Source of the DNA: an uncultured delta proteobacterium
Lineage (GTDB): Bacteria; Myxococcota_A; Polyangia; Palsa-1104
Assembly (NCBI GenBank): GCA_963785725.1
Contig: CAWAWS010000002.1
Span: forward strand, 192,001 to 256,000
Length of the DNA stretch: 64,000 nucleotides
Reading direction: 5' to 3'
The translations under genes and the position numbers were made by a program. Under the pieces are notes generated by a model, which saw only the letters and a program-made list of their open reading frames with translations, had not been told where the DNA came from and made no database searches. Positions 56,356 to 64,000 of the stretch are shown piece by piece. Every line of letters starts with the position of its first letter. Position 1 is the first letter of the stretch.

Positions 56356-57112
56356 CGTCGGGTGCGGTCGGCGCAGTCGGCGGCGTCGGCGGCGCGGCGT
56401 CGCCCGGCGCAGCCACCGTCGGCGGCGACGCGGCGTCGCCCGGCGCAGCCACCGTCGGCGGCGACTGCGCCTGCACCGCGCGAACGAACCGCAAGAAGTA
56501 GTCGAGCGCCGAGATCCATGACATCGCCAGCGCGAGGTATAGCGTGATCATCCCGACCGCGTGATAATTAATCAGCAGCCGCTCGTCGCGAAACGTGACG
56601 TTCTCGAGCCCCCACACCGGATAACGAAAGTGAATCAGCAGGAACAGCGTCCCCACGAGCTGCAGCGCCGTCTTCTGCTTGCCCTGATCCGACGCCGAGA
56701 TGACGAGGCCCTCGGTCGTCGCGATCGAGCGTAAGCCGGTGATGGTCAGCTCGCGCGCCAACAGCGCCACGACGAGCCACGGCGGACAGCGATCCATCGC
56801 CGTCAAATAGACGAGCACCGCCGTCACGATGAGCTTGTCGGCGAGCGGATCGAGGAACTTGCCGAGCACGGAGATCTGCTTGTTCTTGCGCGCCAAATAG
56901 CCGTCGAGCACGTCGGTGAGCGCGGCGCCGAGATAAATGAGGGTGGCGATGAACGAGCGAGTCGGCGAATAGTTATCGATGAAGTACAGGACGAGCGGGA
57001 TGCACAGGATGCGCCCCATCGTCAGCAGATTCGGCAGATACGTCGACTCCGCGCGCAGGTTGGTCGCGCGCCGCTTCTTGCGCCGACGCCCGCGGATTCG
57101 CTCGAACGCCAT
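56318..57112 (-). CDS. pgsA: CDP-diacylglycerol--glycerol-3-phosphate 3-phosphatidyltransferase
   Basis: PNLLT, DVLDGYLAR...LGKFLDPLADK CDP-alcohol phosphotransferase motif. Confidence 0.9.
   Translation of the reverse strand: MAFERIRGRRRKKRRATNLRAESTYLPNLLTMGRILCIPLVLYFIDNYSPTRSFIATLIYLGAALTDVLDGYLARKNKQISVLGKFLDPLADKLIVTAVLVYLTAMDRCPPWLVVALLARELTITGLRSIATTEGLVISASDQGKQKTALQLVGTLFLLIHFRYPVWGLENVTFRDERLLINYHAVGMITLYLALAMSWISALDYFLRFVRAVQAQSPPTVAAPGDAASPPTVAAPGDAAPPTPPTAPTAPDGGGHDPGSSAGA
56393..56464. repeat. 36-bp direct tandem repeat (2 copies) in the pgsA 3' tail
   Basis: cgcggcgtcgcccggcgcagccaccgtcggcggcga x2, encoding SPPTVAAPGDAA twice. Confidence 0.85.
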
Positions 57113-57258
57113 TAAACGCGGTCTCCTGGCTCGTAACCCATCGCGCGACCGAGCGTCTGACGCGGCGGCGCCGGCTCACACGGCCGAACGTCTGCGGCGC
57201 GGGCTCCTGGCGTCGTCCTTGTCTCGCGCTCGTCTCCCAACCCAGGTGACATGGTTCG

Positions 57259-58614
57259 CTACAACGCCGCCGCCGGCTCCTCGAGAATGAGCACGCCCTC
57301 GCCCGTGCATTCGATGTAGGGCGTCGGCTCGCCGTCTTGGCCGTGCAGCACGCGCGGCACGACGCGGCCGATCCAGCCGAGCAGCGCCGTCGCTTCCACG
57401 AACATGGGCTGATCGGGCTCGATCTTGAGCGAGAACGCCGCCCGCGCCGCGCGCAACACGAGCCGCCCGGTGCCGCGGAACTGCACGACGCGCATCGAGT
57501 CCGGGCCGCCCGCCGGCACGCGCCCGTTCTCCCAGTGCAGCGACTCCTCGAACGCGAACAGCCCCGCTTCGCGCACGTACAAGATGTCCTCGGCCAGCGC
57601 CAACGCCGTGAAGCGCGCGCCGCGCGGCGCCACGACGACGACGCCATTGCCGACCGCGTTGAACATCGCGTCCGCGCCGTCGCCGAACGGCTCGTCCGTC
57701 GGCTGGCCGCGCACGCGCCGGCTCATCGGCTGGAACACCAAGTTGCCCGAGGACGCGATGGCGCCGAACGTGCGCGTCGGTAGCTTGCCGTCGACGCGCA
57801 CGACGAGCATGCCGCCTTCGGCGAGCGCGAACGGCTCGCCCATCGCGCCGGCGCGCAAGAGGCGCGCGGTCGCGAACGCCGCCACCGGCAACGGCGGCGT
57901 CAACACCAGCGGCTCGAAGCGCCCCGTCGTCGCCGGACCTTCAGGCCCGGGCAACGGCGGCCGCTCGCCGTGCTCGCGCAGCTGCCAGGCGCCGGCGCGC
58001 TTGGCCTCCGTCGACGGCGACTCCAGCTCCACCGCCGCGAACGGCTGCTCGCCGTCGAGCACGCGCTCGCCCTCGTTGGCCGCGCGGCGCAGATCGCTGC
58101 GCGCCGACACCGCCTCTTCGCCGAGGTGCGCCATGCGCTCTTCGACTTGCCGCGCCAGCTCTTCTTGACCGGCGCGATGAAACGCCTCGCGCGCCGGCGC
58201 CAGCTCACCGGCGCGCATCAACGCCAAGCCGAGATAGCCTTGGGCGCGCTGATTGAGCGGCTCGGCGTCGACGACGCGCTTCAAATTCTCGGCCGCTTCG
58301 GCGTGCCGGCCCATGCGCAGCTCGACGAGCCCCAAGTTCAGCCGCAGCGCCGCGTCGTCGGGATAGATGCGACAGAGCTGCAAGTAGACCGCGAGCGCCT
58401 CCTCGTACCGCGAGGCGCGAAACAGGAACAGCCCGCGCAGATTGCGCGCGCGCAAATCCTGCGGCCGAATCCGCAGCGCGTTCTCGATTTCGCGCTCGGC
58501 CTCGTCGAGCCGCTCGCCGCGCAAGAGCTCGCCGGCGCGCTGCAGGTGCTCCGACAGCCGCCGCTCGTCTTCGACAGGCACCGGCGCTCCAGATTCCGTC
58601 GTGAGCTCGCTCAT
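57259..58614 (-). CDS. TPR-repeat protein with C-terminal AIM24-like domain
   Basis: N-terminal TPR helices (RNLRG, LNLGLV, YLGLAL); C-terminal LYVREAGLFAFE...VQFRGTG...CTGEG. Confidence 0.75.
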   Translation of the reverse strand: MSELTTESGAPVPVEDERRLSEHLQRAGELLRGERLDEAEREIENALRIRPQDLRARNLRGLFLFRASRYEEALAVYLQLCRIYPDDAALRLNLGLVELRMGRHAEAAENLKRVVDAEPLNQRAQGYLGLALMRAGELAPAREAFHRAGQEELARQVEERMAHLGEEAVSARSDLRRAANEGERVLDGEQPFAAVELESPSTEAKRAGAWQLREHGERPPLPGPEGPATTGRFEPLVLTPPLPVAAFATARLLRAGAMGEPFALAEGGMLVVRVDGKLPTRTFGAIASSGNLVFQPMSRRVRGQPTDEPFGDGADAMFNAVGNGVVVVAPRGARFTALALAEDILYVREAGLFAFEESLHWENGRVPAGGPDSMRVVQFRGTGRLVLRAARAAFSLKIEPDQPMFVEATALLGWIGRVVPRVLHGQDGEPTPYIECTGEGVLILEEPAAAL

Positions 58615-58639
58615 CGGCGCACCTGCTCGGAAACCCATT

Positions 58640-58853
58640 GATCCGCTGGCCCTACGGGCCGGACGCTCACGCCCGCTCGCTCACGCTCGCTCTTCGGCGT
58701 TCGCCTCGAGCAATCCCCTCGATCCGCTGGCCCTACGGGCCGGACCTCACGCCCGCTCGCTCACGCTCGCTCTTCGGCGTTCGCCTCGAGCAATCCCCTC
58801 GATCCGCTGGCCCTACGGGCCGGACGCTCACGCCCGCTCGCTCACGCTCGCTC
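58640..58853. repeat. intergenic 81-bp tandem repeat (~2.7 copies), REP/BIME-like
   Basis: Units 58640-58720, 58721-58800 (1-bp deletion) and 58801-58853; each has hairpin GGCCC-TAC-GGGCC and CGCTCGCTC motifs. Confidence 0.9.
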
Positions 58854-58880
58854 ATCGGTCCTCGAGAACTTACACCAGTT

Positions 58881-59558
58881 TCAGATGGGCTGCGCGGCCT
58901 TGAACTTGTAGTAGTGCTTGAGGACCATTTTGACGTAGGCCTGCGTCGTCTCGTACGGCGGCACGCCTTTGTACTTCAGGATCGCGCCCGGCCCCGCGTG
59001 ATAAGCCGCGATCGTCAGCACCAAATCGCCCTTGAAGCGATTGGCGTTCACCCGCAAGAGCCGCGTCCCGCCGAGGATATTTTCGCGCGGCTCGAACACG
59101 TTCATGACGTGCTGCTCCTTCTGCACGTCCGGCATCAGCTGCATCAGCCCCTTGGCCGCCGCGCACGACACGACGCGCGGATCGTAGTCGCTCTCCACTT
59201 TGATGATCGCGCGAATGAGCGCTTGCGGTAACGCGTACAGCCGCGACGCTTCGGCGATGAACGCGTCATAACGCGTGTACCGATCGGGCGCGCGATCGGT
59301 GGCCGGCACGACGTCGGCGCGCGACTCGGCACAGCCCGCGAACGACGTCGGGCCCGCGGCGCCGCTGATCATCCCGGCTTTGCCCGGCCCGGTCTTGTAC
59401 AGCGTCGTCCACTTGTGCCCGGTGCCACGCGGCGGCGCCAGGTTGGTGAAATGCACGACGCCGTCCTTGTCCTCGAACGAGTAAATGTCGGCGCGCGCCG
59501 TCGCCGACAGCGTCAACAGCGACGACACGAGAGCCAACAGCGCCAACCTGAGCTGCAC
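58881..59558 (-). CDS. lytic transglycosylase (SLT) with N-terminal DUF4124
   Basis: ADIYSFEDKDGVVHFTN; IKVES catalytic Glu, GLMQLMP, AYHAG, PPYETTQAYV. Confidence 0.9.
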   Translation of the reverse strand: MQLRLALLALVSSLLTLSATARADIYSFEDKDGVVHFTNLAPPRGTGHKWTTLYKTGPGKAGMISGAAGPTSFAGCAESRADVVPATDRAPDRYTRYDAFIAEASRLYALPQALIRAIIKVESDYDPRVVSCAAAKGLMQLMPDVQKEQHVMNVFEPRENILGGTRLLRVNANRFKGDLVLTIAAYHAGPGAILKYKGVPPYETTQAYVKMVLKHYYKFKAAQPI

Positions 59559-59636
59559 GGGCCCAGATCGTACCGCGCCCGTCGGAGTTTGCAAAATCGC
59601 CGCGCAACGATATAGGAGGCACATGAGCCGTTCGTC

Positions 59637-61226
<1,590 letters not shown>

Positions 61227-61290
61227 ATCCTCGTACCGTCGTTATCTCGTCGGAAACCCTAGGCGAGCCGCGCCCTAGGTTTCCGGACAT

Positions 61291-61323
61291 AAAAAAGACC
61301 CGGTCGCACTATGCGGCCGGGCC
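61291..61323 (-). terminator. intrinsic terminator after the Cys-rich lipoprotein gene
   Basis: Hairpin ccggtcgca/tgcggccgg next to an A6 run (U tract on the minus strand). Confidence 0.7.
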
Positions 61324-61353
61324 TTGCCCTCGTGGGCTTACGATGGCCGTCGG

Positions 61354-62007
61354 TCAGCCCGCGGGGCGGTAGTCGGCGCGGCAGACGCCCGAGTCGCAGA
61401 ACGCGTTCGTTCCGCACTGCGCGGTCGTCGAGCAAGTCGGGTGGCAAGTGGCGTTGATGCAGCGGTACGCGGCGCCGCAATCGCTGTCCCACAAGCACTG
61501 CGCCGTGGTCGGCGCGGCATCGCTGCAGTAGCCGCTGGCGCAGGCCTGGCCCAGCGCGCAGTCGGTCGTCGAGCCGCAGCTCGTGTGGCACTGGCCGTTG
61601 GCGCAGACGCGACCCTGGCCGCAGGCCGTGTCGCTCGAGCACAGGACGACGGTCGATTCGCCGCACGCCGTGCCCGTGTTGCAGCGGCCGTTGTTGCAGG
61701 TCTGGCCCGCGGCGCACTGGTTGCTGGCGCTGCAGGGCGCGACACACTGCCCGACGGTACAGACGAGGCCCGACGTGCAGTCGCTGTCGACCGAGCACGG
61801 CGCCGTCGGGTTCTGCCCGTTCGTCGTCGTGCCGCCGCCGCCACCCTTCGAGCTGGTGCCGGTGCCGCCGCCGCTACCCGTCGTTGTCGTGCCGCCGCCG
61901 CCGACCGTGGTCGTCGAGGGATTGTTGCGCGTGCACGCGCCGGCCGCAGCCAACAAGAGGCTCGCAGCCACCACACCAAGCAAGCTTCTGAGATTCGGGC
62001 GCGACAT
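61354..62007 (-). CDS. Cys-rich repeat lipoprotein
   Basis: GGAGGAG RBS, lipobox AGAC, Gly/Thr linker, six C-x5-C-x5-C-x4-C modules. Confidence 0.85.
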   Translation of the reverse strand: MSRPNLRSLLGVVAASLLLAAAGACTRNNPSTTTVGGGGTTTTGSGGGTGTSSKGGGGGTTTNGQNPTAPCSVDSDCTSGLVCTVGQCVAPCSASNQCAAGQTCNNGRCNTGTACGESTVVLCSSDTACGQGRVCANGQCHTSCGSTTDCALGQACASGYCSDAAPTTAQCLWDSDCGAAYRCINATCHPTCSTTAQCGTNAFCDSGVCRADYRPAG

Positions 62008-62186
62008 CGTGCTCCTCCGAGCGGTTGAAAGCATGCGTCGAGGGTCGCGGATACAAGGCCTATGCCGCCACCAAACTACGCGAAACTGCTAGGCCCGCTA
62101 CGACTTCGTGAACATTGCTTCACAACGGCCGCTGTGAACGTTCATTACCTTGACCGGCTGCCGGTGCACTTCTACTGTCGTTCCCG

Positions 62187-62819
62187 ATGCGCAGGGCGAC
62201 GCGGCTGGCGCTGTTGTTCTGTGGAATGACCACGTTCGGCTGTGCCCATGCGCCAGCGCGCCCGACCGCCGATCCTACGCCTCTATTGAGAGCGTGGGCG
62301 CACGCAATCGCCGCCGATCAGCCGGCCGACGCCTGGAAGCTGCTCTCCTCCGCCTTACGCAAGAACACGAGCGAGAACGACTTCGGGCTCGCCTGGCACG
62401 CCGCCGCCGCCGATCTGGCCACGCAGCAGCCTTGGCTGACCAAGCCGTGGACGCTCCGCCGCGCCGAGTCCGAGCTGCCCGATGGTCGCGCCATGCCGCT
62501 CGTGCGCGACGGCAACCTCTGGCGGCTGGCGGCCGTTCGACCCCAGCCCATCGGCGGCGATACGCCCGAAGACGCCATTCGTCGTCTGATCGCGGCAGTC
62601 GAATCGCGCGACTTCGACGCCATCCTGGGCCTTTTGGGCGAGCCTTTGCGTGCGACGGTGGAAAATTCTTTGGCGGATCGGCTGGAACATCTGAAAGCCG
62701 CTTTACACAAAGGCGGACTCGAAAGCTCGGGGAATCCGACGCGAATTCGCTATGATGCGCGCTATCACATCGACCTTGTACAAGAAAACGGGCGATGGCG
62801 GATAGCGGACTTTAATTAA
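62187..62819 (+). CDS. hypothetical lipoprotein
   Basis: Lipobox TFGC; two NTF2-like halves ending LVRDGNLWRL and LVQENGRWRI. Confidence 0.65.
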   Translation: MRRATRLALLFCGMTTFGCAHAPARPTADPTPLLRAWAHAIAADQPADAWKLLSSALRKNTSENDFGLAWHAAAADLATQQPWLTKPWTLRRAESELPDGRAMPLVRDGNLWRLAAVRPQPIGGDTPEDAIRRLIAAVESRDFDAILGLLGEPLRATVENSLADRLEHLKAALHKGGLESSGNPTRIRYDARYHIDLVQENGRWRIADFN

Positions 62820-63121
62820 CAGGATCGCTGTAAAATTCTGTGTGCGGCTACTCCCCCGGCCAGCGCTGCCACGGTCGCGGGGGGCTTTGACCCCGCGCGA
62901 TCGTAACCTACGACAGCCGTTCACGGATCGGTCGAAACCTCGGTGGCTTCGAGGCCCGCCACTGTGCGGATCTGTCACAGCGAGCCTTTGGGGGTGACTT
63001 TCTCCAGATCCCGCATTAACTTGATATAGCAGCGAAATGTTCACTTATTCGGTACACGGCATGGTTTGTGCTCAGTGGCAGATCCGCCTGGCACCATGCC
63101 TGGCCACAACCGGAGGAACCG

Positions 63122-63610
63122 ATGCTCGAATTTCAGGTAGGTGACAAGGCGGTGTATCCGGCGCAGGGGGTCGCGGAAGTCGTAGGTATCGATGCCAAGG
63201 AAATCTCCGGCAAGATGCACAAGTTCTACGTCCTGAAGGTCATGGACAGCGACATGCGCATCCTGGTTCCCGTCGATAAGGCCGAGCAGGTCGGCTTGCG
63301 TGAAGTCGTGCAAGAGGACCAAATCCGCGAAGTCTATGATATTTTGAAGGAAAAAGAGCTGCACATCGACAAGCAGACGTGGAACCGCCGGTATCGCGGC
63401 TTCATGGAGAAGATCAAGACCGGCAGCCTGTTCGAAGTGGCCGAAGTCTTTCGGGATTTGTATCGCTTGAAGGAGACCAAGACGCTCTCGTTCGGCGAGC
63501 GCCGCATGCTCGACACGGCCAAGAACTTGATTGTCAAAGAGCTTTCGGTCGCCAAGAACATCACCGAGGTCAAGGTCGAGAAGGAGCTGGAGAAGATCTT
63601 CAGCTGCTGA
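63122..63610 (+). CDS. cdnL: CarD family transcriptional regulator, CdnL type
   Basis: GGAGG RBS; FQVGDKAVYPAQGV, TWNRRYR, LSFGERRMLDTA; no AT-hook tail. Confidence 0.9.
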   Translation: MLEFQVGDKAVYPAQGVAEVVGIDAKEISGKMHKFYVLKVMDSDMRILVPVDKAEQVGLREVVQEDQIREVYDILKEKELHIDKQTWNRRYRGFMEKIKTGSLFEVAEVFRDLYRLKETKTLSFGERRMLDTAKNLIVKELSVAKNITEVKVEKELEKIFSC

Positions 63611-63634
63611 CCGCGACGTAGGTCGTTTTACGCC

Positions 63635-63669
63635 AAGAGGCGGGCCGCGTAGGTCCGCCTCTTTCGTTT
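63635..63669 (+). terminator. intrinsic terminator after cdnL
   Basis: aagaggcgggcc-gcgta-ggtccgcctctt followed by T-rich tcgttt. Confidence 0.8.
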
Positions 63670-63696
63670 GTGCCTGATTTTGGTTAGGATTTACTG

Positions 63697-64000
63697 ATGT
63701 ACCAGCGCCTCGTCACGCGAATTCGTGGCCTTCTGCGCGATCCGCGGCGCGAGCTGCCGCGGCTCATCGCCGAGCGCGGCGACCTCAAGGCGCTCTTGCC
63801 GACGGTGTTGATCCTGTCGGCGTTGGGTGCGGTCGTGCGCGGGCTCGGCCAAGGGCTCATCGGCACCTATCATGCGCCTGATGCCGTGCTCTTCGGCATG
63901 GCGGTCGGCGGCGGATTTCGCCGTCAGCCCGTGGCCGCGGCTCTCGCCGGTGTGCCGCTGTCGATCGCGCTCGAGGTCGGCGCCTGGTGGCTCTTTGGCT
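63697..64000 (+). CDS. membrane protein, possibly Yip1 family, 3'-truncated
   Basis: Open frame to the window end: MYQRLVTRIRGLLRDP... followed by hydrophobic segments. Confidence 0.5.
   Translation, partial: MYQRLVTRIRGLLRDPRRELPRLIAERGDLKALLPTVLILSALGAVVRGLGQGLIGTYHAPDAVLFGMAVGGGFRRQPVAAALAGVPLSIALEVGAWWLFG

Noticed and set aside
58640..58853. Possible CRISPR array
   Set aside because: Units are identical end to end with no variable spacers, are too long, and no cas genes are present.
62052..62067. sigma54-like site CGGCATAGGCCTTGTA upstream of the Cys-rich lipoprotein gene
   Set aside because: The -12 element reads GT rather than the near-invariant GC.

Overview
Very GC-rich bacterial chromosomal DNA, most consistent with Myxococcota or a related lineage (CdnL-type CarD, Cys-rich lipoproteins, TonB-fused TonB-dependent receptor, tandem lspA; taxonomy is inferred). 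About 55 genes; no rRNA, tRNA, CRISPR, transposase or prophage was recognised. Contents: ABC exporter, ECF sigma/ZAS anti-sigma/DUF4097 unit, M61 peptidase, PhzF/GNAT/MutS-like genes, AtuA-like plus glycosyltransferase-like pair, orphan modA, octaheme cytochrome lipoprotein, ClC channel, CzcCBA-type RND pump, OmpA pair, diguanylate cyclase, 5'-nucleotidase, a TBDR plus two lipoproteins preceded by a DUF2946-like ORF, VWA lipoprotein, SRAP, orphan GspD, divergent TetR pair with a diiron ferritin-like gene, ileS-lspA-lspA-lgt-lgt, pabB-like, pgsA, TPR-AIM24, an 81-bp intergenic tandem repeat, SLT, nadB and cdnL. Many genes, including essential ileS, are broken by 1-bp frameshifts, most likely uncorrected long-read errors. 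Most notable: (1) a sigma54-driven 46-aa acidic/Trp peptide missing from the ORF track; (2) a putative His/Cys metal-sensing arrest-peptide ORF upstream of the TBDR operon; (3) an IleRS whose KMSKS motif reads PYSKS plus an insertion; (4) a duplicated lipoprotein-maturation cassette in which one Lgt carries a Cys-rich module like those of nearby lipoproteins; (5) a Cys-rich insertion in CzcA; (6) a recurrent TAnnnT-6..8 nt-start pattern suggesting widespread leaderless mRNAs. All family calls are from motif recognition by eye, not database searches.
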